DNA from: Thermodesulfobacteriota bacterium
Lineage (GTDB): Bacteria > Desulfobacterota_D > UBA1144 > Nemesobacterales > Nemesobacteraceae
Assembly: GCA_965232155.1 (NCBI GenBank)
Contig: OZ246948.1
Coordinates: 341,698 to 405,697 of the forward strand
Length of the DNA stretch: 64,000 nucleotides
Direction of reading: 5' to 3'
The first letter of the stretch is position 1, and each line of letters starts with the position of its first letter. The notes under the pieces were generated by a model, which saw only the letters and a list, made by a program, of their open reading frames with translations, did not search any database and was not told the DNA's origin. The position numbers and the translations under genes were made by a program. Shown here piece after piece: positions 29,979 through 44,744 of this stretch.

Positions 29979-30974
29979 ATGAAAGCAATTATCTATCACG
30001 AATTCGGAGAAACCGATGTTCTTAACTACGAAGAGGTAAGCAAGCCGGAACTTGGACCGGGAGAAGTCCTTGTAGAGGTGAAATCATCCTCTATAAACTT
30101 TGTCGACCTCAGGCTCAGAAGCGGAAAATCACCTCGTCCGGTACCCCTGCCACATGTGGGGGGAGTGGACGTGGCAGGCATTGTCTGCGAGAAAAGCGAT
30201 GACGTGTCTGATGTGGAAACGGGCGATCGGGTCATGGTTATGCCGGCCGTGCGCTCAGATAAGGGCCTCGAAATAGTCGGAGTCAACCTCCACGGAGGAT
30301 TCGCCGAATACGTAAAGATACCTTCATCTAACGTGGTATCGATTCCCGAAGGGCTCTCCTTTGACGACGCGGCGACCCTTCCAACTTGCTACGTCACCGC
30401 TTGGTACGGCTTCTGCGAAAGAGGGGATATCGCCAAGGGAGAAACGGTGCTTGTGCACGCGGCGGGAAGCGGAACGGGGAGCGCTGCGATCCAAGTAGCC
30501 AAGCTTTTCGATTCCTTCGTTATAGCTACCGCGGGAAGCGACGAAAAACTTGAGAAGGCAAAAGAAATCGGGGCCGACGTAACTATAAACTACAACTCCT
30601 CTGATCTCGGAGAGGAGCTGAAGAAAATTACAAAAACGCATAAGATAAACATGATCTTCGATCCCGTGGGAGCTTCGGTGTGGAAAGAGAACACGCAGTA
30701 CCTGGCCCCTGGGGGGAAACTTCTGCTGATCGGAGTCGCGGGAGGCGGCGCTACGGAAGCGGCCCTCGGCCCGCTTATCATGAAAGATCTCTCCGTACTG
30801 GGAGTAACGGTGTTTAATGCCCGGACGGAACACTTCGAGAAAGTCGCCCAGCTTGCCGAGGAAGGTGCCCTGAAACCCTCGATACACAGCAGGTTCCACC
30901 TGAGCGAGGCGGCGGCGGCGCAGAAAATTCTTGAAGATCGCCAGCAGTTCGGAAAAGTCATTCTGAACCCGTAA
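29979..30974 (+). CDS. Zinc-binding / quinone oxidoreductase (MDR superfamily NAD(P)H-dependent oxidoreductase)
   Basis: N-terminal GroES-like domain. Rossmann motif HAAGSGTGSAAIQ. AGGAG Shine-Dalgarno 12 nt upstream of the MKAIIYHEFG start. Confidence 0.8.
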   Translation: MKAIIYHEFGETDVLNYEEVSKPELGPGEVLVEVKSSSINFVDLRLRSGKSPRPVPLPHVGGVDVAGIVCEKSDDVSDVETGDRVMVMPAVRSDKGLEIVGVNLHGGFAEYVKIPSSNVVSIPEGLSFDDAATLPTCYVTAWYGFCERGDIAKGETVLVHAAGSGTGSAAIQVAKLFDSFVIATAGSDEKLEKAKEIGADVTINYNSSDLGEELKKITKTHKINMIFDPVGASVWKENTQYLAPGGKLLLIGVAGGGATEAALGPLIMKDLSVLGVTVFNARTEHFEKVAQLAEEGALKPSIHSRFHLSEAAAAQKILEDRQQFGKVILNP

Positions 30975-30994
30975 GGAAAAACCTGATTTTCAAG

Positions 30995-31849
30995 GTGAGA
31001 ATCAAAAATCTGTTCGCGGCGATCCTGCTTGCCCTCGTCGCCGCACCAGATGTGTCTCTGGCGGAACCGCCCTGCCCAAAAAGCATAATATCGCTCACCC
31101 TCGCCTCAGACGAGATCCTGATCGACATAGTCAGCGATAGAAAAAAAATAGCCGCGCTCACCTATTTCTCGACCGACCCGCTGATTTCAAACGTGGCGGA
31201 AAAAGTGCGGGGAATTCCGCAGGTCCGAGCGAACCCCGAGCAGATAATCGCAAAATCCCCGGATCTCGTGATAGTCGCGGGCCACACAAACCCGAACATA
31301 CGCGCGCACCTTGAGGCGGCGGGAATAAAGGTGCTGCTGCTCCACGAAATCGTCTCGCTTGAGAAAATAAAAAAGAATATAGAACTGGTCGGAGAGGCTG
31401 TCTGCGAGGAAACCACGGCAAAAAGTCTCGTGGAAAAAATGGAAAGCCAGATCGCGGACGCCAAGGCGAAGATTCCGCCTCACGCGAGGGCCCCGACGGT
31501 TCTTTTTTACGGGGCCCCCGGATTCACGGTCGGCAAAGGCTCTACCATAAACGATATAATAGAAAGTTCCGGGGGCATTAATCTCCCGGCCCGCCTGGGG
31601 CTAAGCGGATACAGCAACATATCTACCGAGTACGTAATCCAGAATAACCCTGACCTGGTGCTTACAAGTAGTTATAATCCCTCTCACCCGGATTTTGTCG
31701 GACAGATGTTCAAAAATTCCGCATTCAGAGACAAAAAGATCATAGTCGTCGCGGGAAAACATCTAGACGCCGCATCCCATTACGCGGCACGGGCCGTAGT
31801 TGATCTGGTGAACCTTATATTCAGAGCAGAAACCAATGCCGACCGGTAA
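30995..31849 (+). CDS. ABC transporter periplasmic substrate-binding protein (class III, BtuF/FecB-like; iron-siderophore/cobalamin type)
   Basis: Signal peptide. 284 aa. Periplasmic-binding-protein fold motifs PDLVIVAG and NPDLVLTS. Confidence 0.7.
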   Translation: MRIKNLFAAILLALVAAPDVSLAEPPCPKSIISLTLASDEILIDIVSDRKKIAALTYFSTDPLISNVAEKVRGIPQVRANPEQIIAKSPDLVIVAGHTNPNIRAHLEAAGIKVLLLHEIVSLEKIKKNIELVGEAVCEETTAKSLVEKMESQIADAKAKIPPHARAPTVLFYGAPGFTVGKGSTINDIIESSGGINLPARLGLSGYSNISTEYVIQNNPDLVLTSSYNPSHPDFVGQMFKNSAFRDKKIIVVAGKHLDAASHYAARAVVDLVNLIFRAETNADR

Positions 31850-32873
31850 GAAAACACTTTCCGTATACGCAGTACTCGCCTCGCTGCTTTTACTGACCGT
31901 CGTCGTGTGCGTATCGCTCGGGGCGGTGAGCGTTCCGTTTGACGAGGTAATCCGCATAATAGCCGGCAAGCTGCTCTGGGTTGATGCCGGAGCGGAAATC
32001 GGAAAATCGCAGGAACTTATCGTCTGGGACGTAAGGCTCCCCAGAGTTCTTCTCGCCGCCATAATAGGAGGGGGGCTCTCAATTGTGGGAGTTGTAATGC
32101 AGGCGATGTTCAGAAACCCCCTGGCCGAACCCGGAATACTGGGCTGGTCAAGCGGAGGAGCTTTTTTCGCCGTTCTGGTGATCTACACCGGTATTCATCA
32201 GCAGTGGTTTCTCCTGCTCCCTCTCGCTGCGTTCGCGGGCACCCTCCTCACTGCATACGCGGTCTACGGGATATCGCGCTACAGGGGTTTTGTCGAGAAC
32301 ACGACGCTTCTTCTCTGCGGGGTGGCGCTCGGAACACTTTTCGTTTCGTTAACGACTTTCGTGCTTTCGGTATCAAACGCGTGGTCAATGAAGGAAATGC
32401 TCTTCTGGATAATGGGCGGAATCGATTCGCGCACCTGGACGCATTTCGCAATGGCTGCGGTGCCAGTGCTTGCCGCCTCGGCAATGCTGCTTTTCTACGC
32501 TAAGAACCTAAACGCTAGGCTCCTCGGCTACGAGACAGCGAAAACCGTCGGCATCGACATAGAGAAAACGACCAAGCACCTCATAGTCCTGAGTTCCCTA
32601 ATAGTCGGAGCAAGCGTTGCGGTAAGCGGCATCGTGGGGTTCGTCGGACTTATAATTCCACACTCGGTAAGACTGCTGATCGGGGTGGACCATCGCCGGC
32701 TCCTGCCCGCGAGCTTTATCGCCGGAGCCATATTTCTGCCCGCAGCAGACCTTATAGCAAGGACCGCCATGAGCCCCCAGGAACTTCGCCTCGGAATAAT
32801 CACTTCCTTTATCGGAGTTCCTTTCTTCGTGTTTCTGCTGAGGCGGAGTTTCAGCGGGAGGGGAATCGCGTAG
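31836..32873 (+). CDS. ABC transporter permease, FecCD/BtuC family
   Basis: 345 aa with about 9 TM helices. Conserved FecCD motifs (RLPR, and LAGxxxGxxV-like GVALGTLF). Confidence 0.8.
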   Translation: MPTGKKTLSVYAVLASLLLLTVVVCVSLGAVSVPFDEVIRIIAGKLLWVDAGAEIGKSQELIVWDVRLPRVLLAAIIGGGLSIVGVVMQAMFRNPLAEPGILGWSSGGAFFAVLVIYTGIHQQWFLLLPLAAFAGTLLTAYAVYGISRYRGFVENTTLLLCGVALGTLFVSLTTFVLSVSNAWSMKEMLFWIMGGIDSRTWTHFAMAAVPVLAASAMLLFYAKNLNARLLGYETAKTVGIDIEKTTKHLIVLSSLIVGASVAVSGIVGFVGLIIPHSVRLLIGVDHRRLLPASFIAGAIFLPAADLIARTAMSPQELRLGIITSFIGVPFFVFLLRRSFSGRGIA

Positions 32874-32874
32874 A

Positions 32875-33642
32875 ATGCGGAAAGAATCAGTAAAAATATC
32901 GGGGCTAAGTTACGGCGTAAACGGAAAAACCATAGTTGACGACGTAAGCTTCGAGATTAAAAGAAACGAGTTCCTGGGAATAGTCGGTCCAAACGGCGCG
33001 GGGAAATCCACGCTTCTCAGGCTTCTTGCCCGGATAATTGACCCAACCGCGGGTCGCATCCTGCTTGACGGAGAAGATATCTCTGAATACGAAGCAAAAG
33101 AGCTTTACAGAAAAATATCGTTTCTCCCGCAAACCTCGTATTTTGATTTTCCGCTGAGCGTGCTCGAGGTAGTGCTTACGGGAAGGTATCCGTACCTGGG
33201 AATTTTCGAGAGCGAGAGCGAAGAGGACATAAGGCGCGCCGAGGACTGTCTTTCGCTTGTGGACATGGAAGGGTTTTCCCGGAGAAAAGTAACGACACTT
33301 TCCGGAGGGGAGCAGCAGAGAGTGTCGGTCGCAAGGGTTCTCGCGCAGGAAACCGCTATTGTTTTCCTTGACGAACCCTCCTCTCACCTTGATATACACC
33401 ACAAGTTTGCCCTCATGGAACTGCTCGTGTCGCTGGCGCGAGAAGAAAAAGGGATCGTGGCCGTTCTCCACGACCTTGACCTTGCAAGCAGGTTCTGCGA
33501 CAGAATCCTTGTGCTTGAAAACGGCCGGGTTTCCGCCTTGGGAGAACCGTCGCACGTGCTTTCCGAAAAGCTTCTCTCTTCGGTATTCAAGGTAAGGGGT
33601 TCCTGGGACCCCGGAAGGGGAAATCTCCTTGTTTTCCGGTGA
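32875..33642 (+). CDS. ABC transporter ATP-binding protein (FecE/BtuD-like)
   Basis: Walker A GPNGAGKST. ABC signature LSGGEQQR. Walker B IVFLDEP. Confidence 0.85.
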   Translation: MRKESVKISGLSYGVNGKTIVDDVSFEIKRNEFLGIVGPNGAGKSTLLRLLARIIDPTAGRILLDGEDISEYEAKELYRKISFLPQTSYFDFPLSVLEVVLTGRYPYLGIFESESEEDIRRAEDCLSLVDMEGFSRRKVTTLSGGEQQRVSVARVLAQETAIVFLDEPSSHLDIHHKFALMELLVSLAREEKGIVAVLHDLDLASRFCDRILVLENGRVSALGEPSHVLSEKLLSSVFKVRGSWDPGRGNLLVFR

Positions 33643-33735
33643 ACGCAGGGAGTCTAAAAATCACCTTTTGCACTTTTCAACCGGTAATTTGACAAAAAAA
33701 TTCGATTAACTATATTCTGTTGCCTAGTTTTATTA

Positions 33736-33809
<74 letters not shown>

Positions 33810-33936
33810 GAATTGAGAAATAGAGACCATGAAGGTCAATACAGACAGAGCCGAAGCAACTCCTTCCAAAAGCCCCCGAAATACCACTTTTCTTCATAAA
33901 AAACGCGCGGGGTTGCTTCACCTGAAATAAGGAGCT

Positions 33937-34638
33937 ATGGAACAGCACATTGAAAGCCTGCAGAAGCTTCAGACAGTTGACATAAGAATCAGAGAGTTAA
34001 CTGAAGGACTGGAAAGATATCCGAACGAAATCAACGACCTTAAAAAAGACCTCCTTGAAAAAGAAGAATCGATAAATCTCAAGGAAACCAACCTCTCTGA
34101 ACTAAAGGCGCAAAGTGACGGTCTTGAGTCCTCTCTTCGCTCCAATCAGGAATCCATAAAAAAAGCCGAGGAAAGGCTGTTTGCCATAAAGACCCACAAG
34201 GAATACGAGGCTCTTCAGAAGGAAATAACCGATGCCAGAAAGGAGAACCTCGAAATAGAAGACCGCACGATCTTGGTAATGGCGGAGATTGAAGAGACCG
34301 AGGAAGCTCTTGCCGAAGAAAAGGAAAACTATGCGACTCTAAAAGAGCAATACGCGGAGCAGATCGCGAAAAAAGAAAAAAAGATTGAAGAACTCGAGAC
34401 TTCCCGCAAACCTGCGGAGAAGGAAAAAAGTGAAATTCTGTCCACTATAGACCCGAAAATACTTCCGCTTTACGAAAGAATCTTCAAAAGAAACGGCAGG
34501 GCGCTTGCGCTTGCCGAAAACGAGAAATGCACGAGTTGCAACATAAACATTCCGCCTCAACTCTATAATGAAATACTGAAACAGACAAAACTGGTTCAGT
34601 GCCCGAACTGCAAGAAGATCCTTTACACAAACCCGTAA
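33937..34638 (+). CDS. Zinc-ribbon domain protein with long coiled coil (COG1579-type)
   Basis: Coiled-coil body. C-terminal CTSCNINIPPQ...CPNCKKILY C4 zinc ribbon. Confidence 0.7.
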   Translation: MEQHIESLQKLQTVDIRIRELTEGLERYPNEINDLKKDLLEKEESINLKETNLSELKAQSDGLESSLRSNQESIKKAEERLFAIKTHKEYEALQKEITDARKENLEIEDRTILVMAEIEETEEALAEEKENYATLKEQYAEQIAKKEKKIEELETSRKPAEKEKSEILSTIDPKILPLYERIFKRNGRALALAENEKCTSCNINIPPQLYNEILKQTKLVQCPNCKKILYTNP

Positions 34639-34667
34639 CCGCCCGAGCGGTTATCCAAATTAAGACC

Positions 34668-35084
34668 ATGTCCCCAGAAAAAACAACCGAAGTCTATATA
34701 GACGGAGCGTCAAGGGGAAACCCGGGAGAATCCGGTATCGGGGTTCTTGTGATCCGCCCGGACGGAACAAGAGAGGAAATAAGGGAGTATATCGGCAGGG
34801 GAACAAACAACGAGGCGGAATACAAAGCGCTCATAAGAGCCCTCGTTTGTCTCTTGGCTGAAGACATCCTCGAGGTGAAAATTCACACCGATTCCCAGCT
34901 TGTCGCGAGCCAGATGAACGGACTCTGGAAAGTGAAGGATTCGAAGCTCAGGATACTTCACTCGGAAGCGAAAAAACTCGCTTCCTCGATTCCGGCACTC
35001 GAAATAGAATATATCCCCAGGGAGAACAATGCGGAAGCCGACAGTCTTGCGAATGAGGCAATCGATAGATATTTTAATGATTAG
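34668..35084 (+). CDS. rnhA: Ribonuclease HI
   Basis: YIDGASRGNPG. NNEAEYKALIRAL. TDSQL. C-terminal NAEADSLAN. The start is placed at MSPEKT rather than the upstream ORF-track Met. Confidence 0.8.
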   Translation: MSPEKTTEVYIDGASRGNPGESGIGVLVIRPDGTREEIREYIGRGTNNEAEYKALIRALVCLLAEDILEVKIHTDSQLVASQMNGLWKVKDSKLRILHSEAKKLASSIPALEIEYIPRENNAEADSLANEAIDRYFND

Positions 35085-35450
35085 CGAGTCGGCCGTGCGG
35101 TCGCCCGCGGCTTGTACGCGGGAGGAAAGTCCGAGCTTCGCAGGGCAGGGCGCTGGTTAACAACCAGGTGTCGCGAGACAACGGAAAGTGCAACAGAAAG
35201 TATACCGCCTGGGCGCCACAAGCGCCCCGGTAAGGGTGAAAAGGTGGTGTAAGAGACCACCGCTCCGAAAGTGATTGAGGAGGCAAGGTAAACCCCGCCT
35301 GAAGAAAGACAAATAGGAAAACACCCGGACAGCTGTCCGGTCAGGGCGGCCCGTCCTGGTTTTCGGGTAGTCGCTTAAGGTATTCTGGCAACAGGTATCT
35401 CAGATGGATGACCGTACTTGACAGAACTCGGCTTACAGGCTGACTCGCTT
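35083..35450 (+). ncRNA. rnpB: RNase P RNA, bacterial type A
   Basis: P1 pairing agcgagtc...gactcgct. Universally conserved GGAGGAAAGTCCGAGC (P4 strand). GGTAAGGGTGAAAAGGTGGTGTAAGAGACCACC. ACAGAACTCGGCTTACAGGCTGACTCGCT at the 3' end, which closely parallels E. coli M1 RNA. Confidence 0.85.
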
Positions 35451-35526
35451 TCTTACCCTATTCCCGCATGTACAGGTTCGATACAGCAAGAATTATCTGG
35501 AAAAGAAAAAATAAAACCGGGTCTGA

Positions 35527-36744
35527 TTACTTGATCAAAGCTTTCAGGAATTCTTTTTTCCCGATTTTAACCTCGAAAGCAACCTTGTCAGGAAATTCCG
35601 AATTCGGGTCGGTGTACTTCTTTCCGTCTATGACAAGTCCTCCTTGGGATATGAGCCTTTTAGCTTCCCCTTTAGTGCTGATGGAATCGGACACTCCAAT
35701 AACAAGGTCAACTACCTTCCGGGAATCGGCAACATACTCCTTTTCCTTCGCATCTTCAGGAAAAGATCTCTTTGAGAACTTGGTTTCGAAATCCTGTTCG
35801 GCTTCAAGGGCATCCTGAGAGTTGTGGAGCCAGGAAACGATTTCTCTGGCAAGCGCTTTTTTCGCATCCATAGGATGCCTAGCTTTTAACTTTCGTATCT
35901 TCCCTTCACTGCAGGTACTTAAAAGAAGATAGTATCTCCACATAAGGTCGTCAGAAATCGACATCATTTTCCCGTATATATCCTGCGGAGATTCGTCAAG
36001 ACCTATATAGTTTCCAAGTGACTTTGACATCTTCTTTTCCCCGTCTGTTCCCTCAAGTATCGGAAGAAAAACTCCTACCTGCGGGGACTGTCCGTAATGT
36101 CTCTGGAAATCACGGCCGAGCAGTATGTTGAAGGTCTGATCAGTACCACCAAGTTCAACGTCGCAGCGCATCTGCACCGAGTCGTACGCCTGCACCAAGG
36201 GATATATGAACTCTCTGAGGGAAATAGATATTCCTTCCCTATATCTCTTTGAGAAATCGTCCCGGTCCAGTATCCGCGAAACGTTAACCAGAGAAGTAAG
36301 CCCGAGGAACTCTTCTGGATCGAGGTTGGTGAGCCAGCGGGAATTCGAAAGAACCTGAGTCCTTTTTCTGTCAAGAACCTTGAAAACTTGGCGCTCGTAA
36401 GTTCTTGAGTTCTTGATTATCTCCTCTTTTGAAACCGCCGGGCGGGTTTCGCTCCTGCCCGAGGGGTCTCCTATATAGGCGGTAAAATCCCCTATCAGGA
36501 AAAGAACCTCATGGCCCAGAGTCTGAAAATCGCGGAGTTTCTTGAGAATTATCCCGTGGCCCAGATGCAGGTCGGGAGAGGTGGGGTCGAACCCGGCTTT
36601 TACTTTCAGGGGACGGTCGTTTTTCTTTGAAGCTTCAAGCTTCAAAAGAAGTTCCTCTTCGGGAATTATCGCCTCGGTTCCCCTTCTTATTACCTTTAAT
36701 TGTTCTTCAGGATCAGCAAAGGCCACTTGGAAGTCCCTCCCCAA
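35527..36744 (-). CDS. tyrS: Tyrosine--tRNA ligase
   Basis: HIGH motif PDLHLGHG. KMSKS motif. C-terminal S4-like domain. Confidence 0.9.
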   Translation of the reverse strand: MGRDFQVAFADPEEQLKVIRRGTEAIIPEEELLLKLEASKKNDRPLKVKAGFDPTSPDLHLGHGIILKKLRDFQTLGHEVLFLIGDFTAYIGDPSGRSETRPAVSKEEIIKNSRTYERQVFKVLDRKRTQVLSNSRWLTNLDPEEFLGLTSLVNVSRILDRDDFSKRYREGISISLREFIYPLVQAYDSVQMRCDVELGGTDQTFNILLGRDFQRHYGQSPQVGVFLPILEGTDGEKKMSKSLGNYIGLDESPQDIYGKMMSISDDLMWRYYLLLSTCSEGKIRKLKARHPMDAKKALAREIVSWLHNSQDALEAEQDFETKFSKRSFPEDAKEKEYVADSRKVVDLVIGVSDSISTKGEAKRLISQGGLVIDGKKYTDPNSEFPDKVAFEVKIGKKEFLKALIK

Positions 36745-36761
36745 CAGCGGGTTTAGTATAT

Positions 36762-38246
36762 TTATGGAAGATCAGTTGATCCCATAAGATACCTGTCGCA
36801 TTCTCTTGCGGCTTCCCTTCCCTCGTTTATCGCCCACACCACAAGGCTTTGTCCCCTGCGCGAGTCTCCTGCGGCGAAAACTCCCTCGACGCTTGTCATG
36901 TACTTTCCATAATCCGCCATGGCGTTTGAGCGGTCGTCGGTACGGATATTCATCTGCTGCAGAAGTTCTTGCTCGGGTCCCAAGAATCCAAGGGCCAAAA
37001 GCACCAGCCCGCATGGCCACTTCTGCTCAGAGCCCTCTACTTCCCGAAACGACATCCTTCCGTCATCCCCCCTGTACCACTCAATGCGCACGGTCTCAAG
37101 TTCCGCCACTCTACCCTCATCGTCGCCTATAAATCTTTTGGTAAGAACCTGGTACCTTCTCGGGTCTTCTCCGAAAACCGCCATGGCCTCCTCCTGGCCG
37201 TAATCAAGTCTGTACACCCTCGGCCATTGCGGCCACGGGTTATCCGCAGCCCTTTCAAGCGGAGGTTTGGGAAGTATTTCGAACTGAAGAAGGCTCCTGC
37301 ATCCGTGTCTCATGGATGTCGCGACGCAGTCGGTTCCGGTGTCGCCGCCCCCGAGGATGATAACGTCCTTTCCCGCAGCGGAGATGTAGCGGCCGTCGCT
37401 TAGCCCGCTGTCAAGAAGGCTCTTCGTATTCGCCTTCAAGAACTCCATCGCAAAGTAGATTTCGCCAAGGTTCCTTCCTTCAATCGGAAGATCCCTGGGT
37501 TTTGTCGCTCCCGTGCATATCACGACCGCGTCAAAATTCTTTACCAGTTCGTTTCCGTCGATATCCTTTCCCACTTCCGTATTGGTGACGAACTCTATTC
37601 CCTCCTTTGCGAGGATATCGACGCGGCGGTCAACTATTTTCTTGTCAAGGTGGGGATTGGGAATTCCGTACATAAGCAGTCCGCCGATGCGGTCGTCCCT
37701 TTCAAACACGGTGACCAGATGTCCCGCCTTGTTAAGCTGCGCGGCGCACGAAAGTCCCGCGGGTCCAGAACCTATGACGGCGACTTTTTTTCCGGTTCTG
37801 ATCTCTGGGGGCTCGGGTGTTATCCATCCTTCCTCAAAACCCCTGTCGACTATGGCGCACTCTATGCTCTTTATGGTAACCGCAGGCTCGTTTATGCCCA
37901 GAACGCACGACCCCTCACAGGGAGCGGGGCATATCCGGCCCGTGAACTCGGGGAAATTGTTCGTCTTGTGAAGTCTCTCGAGAGCCTCTCTCCAGAGACC
38001 CGAGTAAATCAGGTCGTTCCACTCGGGTATAAGATTGTTTATGGGACACCCCGCGGTCATGCCGCCTATCACCTGGCCCGTCTGGCAGAAGGGAACCCCG
38101 CAGTCCATGCACCTTGAGCCCTGAACGGCAAGCTCTTTTTCGGGGAGATGACCGTGAAACTCGTCCCAGTCGCTGATCCTGCGGGCAGGATCCCTGTCAG
38201 GCCCGAGCTTCCTTTCGTAATTCATGAAACCTGTGGGATCACCCAT
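36762..38246 (-). CDS. gltD: Glutamate synthase (NADPH) small subunit
   Basis: Fe-S cysteine clusters [15 protein letters not shown] Rossmann motifs [11 protein letters not shown]. Confidence 0.9.
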   Translation of the reverse strand: MGDPTGFMNYERKLGPDRDPARRISDWDEFHGHLPEKELAVQGSRCMDCGVPFCQTGQVIGGMTAGCPINNLIPEWNDLIYSGLWREALERLHKTNNFPEFTGRICPAPCEGSCVLGINEPAVTIKSIECAIVDRGFEEGWITPEPPEIRTGKKVAVIGSGPAGLSCAAQLNKAGHLVTVFERDDRIGGLLMYGIPNPHLDKKIVDRRVDILAKEGIEFVTNTEVGKDIDGNELVKNFDAVVICTGATKPRDLPIEGRNLGEIYFAMEFLKANTKSLLDSGLSDGRYISAAGKDVIILGGGDTGTDCVATSMRHGCRSLLQFEILPKPPLERAADNPWPQWPRVYRLDYGQEEAMAVFGEDPRRYQVLTKRFIGDDEGRVAELETVRIEWYRGDDGRMSFREVEGSEQKWPCGLVLLALGFLGPEQELLQQMNIRTDDRSNAMADYGKYMTSVEGVFAAGDSRRGQSLVVWAINEGREAARECDRYLMGSTDLP

Positions 38247-38278
38247 TGAAAAACTTCTCCTCCGTTAAAGCTTCCGTG

Positions 38279-42877
<4,599 letters not shown>

Positions 42878-43220
42878 ATAATTGTCCGCCTGTTGTGTTG
42901 TTATGAAAAAACAACGCGAGAACTGATGCCGGCGTAAGCAACCTCTTCAGACGCCTTCCCGTAATTATAACACAAATCCGAAACTCCGCACACGCTTCGC
43001 CCATGCAAATACACAACGCTAGGCAAGAATTCCGTGGAAAGAGACGGAAGAAAATTTGCTTGTCAGTGACACCCAAATTTTTTGTAAGGCTCAGTTGAAT
43101 TGCGGATGGTTAGCCTTTTATAACTAACCGTGATCATTGCTGTTTGATGCTCGCAACTTCCTGTTATTATTCAATAATTTTCTTCGAGGTCAAATAAGAA
43201 CAAATAATTATGCTTATTTG

Positions 43221-43238
43221 CCCCCCCCCTTCCCCTCC
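43221..43238. repeat. Homopolymeric poly-C tract (C9 T TCCCCTCC) inside the 666-nt non-coding region upstream of gltB
   Basis: Read directly: gccccccccct tcccctcc at 43220-43238. Confidence 0.6.
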
Positions 43239-43543
43239 ATCATCAAGTGTCTACTGTTTTCTATTGGGGCATTCTCTGTCCTGAATTCAGAGAAGACCTA
43301 TTAAAGTCCGCGGTACAAACAAAGCAAGCCTCTACAAATTCTTGAACAAGTTTCTGGATGAAGAACCTGAGAGAAAGCATTTCGAGAACGACAGATGGGA
43401 AAAACGGGTTTGTCCTAAGAATTTCCGTTTTCCGCATTTTCTCCGTCAGTCATAACCTCCCTGAAATCTTTAAATAATACTGTGCAGTCTGGTTAGGGTT
43501 GTATGTTGTCCCCTCCGTGCATGGTTATAATAAATAAAGAAAA

Positions 43544-43885
43544 ATGAAGGCTAATCCCGAAGAAATCAAAGGGAAAAAAGATTCCCAAAGCGTAGTTCTC
43601 TCTTTCCACATGGAGTCAAGCGCAACTTTGTGGAACAGGGTATTCGAGGGTTTTTCCTCCGAAATGATCCTTGTGAGCAGGTTCGAGGGAAAGGACAGAA
43701 AAGCTCTCGAGATACTCTACAGATTCGGCTCAATGGTCGCGGAAAGATACGGAAAGTGCGCCGTCGAGCCCAGGGTCTACGGAATAGTCATAAAAAAAGA
43801 CGTAAGCGACGAACCCGAGGAAACGATAAACGAATGGATGGACCTGATGCGCAGGCTTCGCCACGAGATAATGGGGGTGCTCTAA
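43544..43885 (+). CDS. Hypothetical protein (113 aa)
   Basis: ORF only. No recognisable motifs. Convergent with birA. Confidence 0.3.
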   Translation: MKANPEEIKGKKDSQSVVLSFHMESSATLWNRVFEGFSSEMILVSRFEGKDRKALEILYRFGSMVAERYGKCAVEPRVYGIVIKKDVSDEPEETINEWMDLMRRLRHEIMGVL

Positions 43886-44700
43886 AAGACCGTATCTCCC
43901 GTAATGACCTTGCGAAGACCGCCTTCATCCGTTCTCAGATAAAGAAATCCGTTCGCATCGACGCGCTCCACGACTCCGCTTACAACCTCTCCTGAGATGT
44001 CTACGGATATCTCCTTTCCCAGAAATCCCCACATCTCGATCCACGTATCCACAATCACCCCTGTCCCGCGGCGGCGGAATTCCCCGTAGAACCGGTCAAG
44101 GGCGTTAATAAGTTCCGCACAGAATTTCTCCCTGCTGACATCTTCTCCGAGCAGCACTGAAAGAGAGGTGGTTTTCTCTGAAATATCCTCCATTTCGCGA
44201 CGGATGAATTCCCCGGGCAAATTGAGATTAACCCCGATGCCAATCACGAGATAATCAACCGCACCGTCAGAGGTGCCAAGTTCCGTGAGCACCCCCGAAA
44301 TTTTCTTCCCGCCGACAAGAATATCGTTCGGCCACTTTATCTCGGCGTCCACGCCGTAGATTGAGAAGACTTCGACAAGCGCGCAGGACGCAAGGAAGGT
44401 AAAGACAGAGGACCTCTGCGGGGAGACCTCCGGGCGAAACAAGGCGGAGAGATAAAGATTCATGCCCCCGGGAGATACCCATTTTCGCCCAAGCCGTCCC
44501 CTGCCCCCGGTCTGCGAATCGGAAACCACTACCGTTCCATCCACGTCTGAGCCTTCCGCTACGAGTTCACGCAGGACATCATTCGTGGAACCTACCTCAT
44601 CGAAGACAAAAAGCTGCTCGCCGACTTTTTCCGCCTGAAGATGTTTTCTTATTCTCGAGATTTCCATGCAGATAAAGCACCCCTTTCGTGTGATATTCAA
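43882..44700 (-). CDS. birA: Biotin--[acetyl-CoA-carboxylase] ligase (group I BirA, no HTH domain)
   Basis: LFVFDEVGSTND. GRGRLGRKWVSPGG biotin-binding motif. Start may be at the downstream Met (44667). Confidence 0.8.
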   Translation of the reverse strand: MNITRKGCFICMEISRIRKHLQAEKVGEQLFVFDEVGSTNDVLRELVAEGSDVDGTVVVSDSQTGGRGRLGRKWVSPGGMNLYLSALFRPEVSPQRSSVFTFLASCALVEVFSIYGVDAEIKWPNDILVGGKKISGVLTELGTSDGAVDYLVIGIGVNLNLPGEFIRREMEDISEKTTSLSVLLGEDVSREKFCAELINALDRFYGEFRRRGTGVIVDTWIEMWGFLGKEISVDISGEVVSGVVERVDANGFLYLRTDEGGLRKVITGDTVF

Positions 44701-44744
44701 GTATTATAGTCGGAACCCCGGCTCAAGAGAAAAACCCAAATTCC

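Noticed and set aside
32905-33555. 216-aa minus-strand ORF
   Set aside because: Antisense to the ABC ATPase gene, whose Walker A, signature and Walker B motifs are unambiguous.
30995-33642. Cobalamin riboswitch upstream of the BtuF/FecBCD-like ABC transporter
   Set aside because: Only about 20 nt separate the preceding oxidoreductase gene from the binding-protein gene. There is no room for a riboswitch aptamer, and no B12-box-like sequence was seen.
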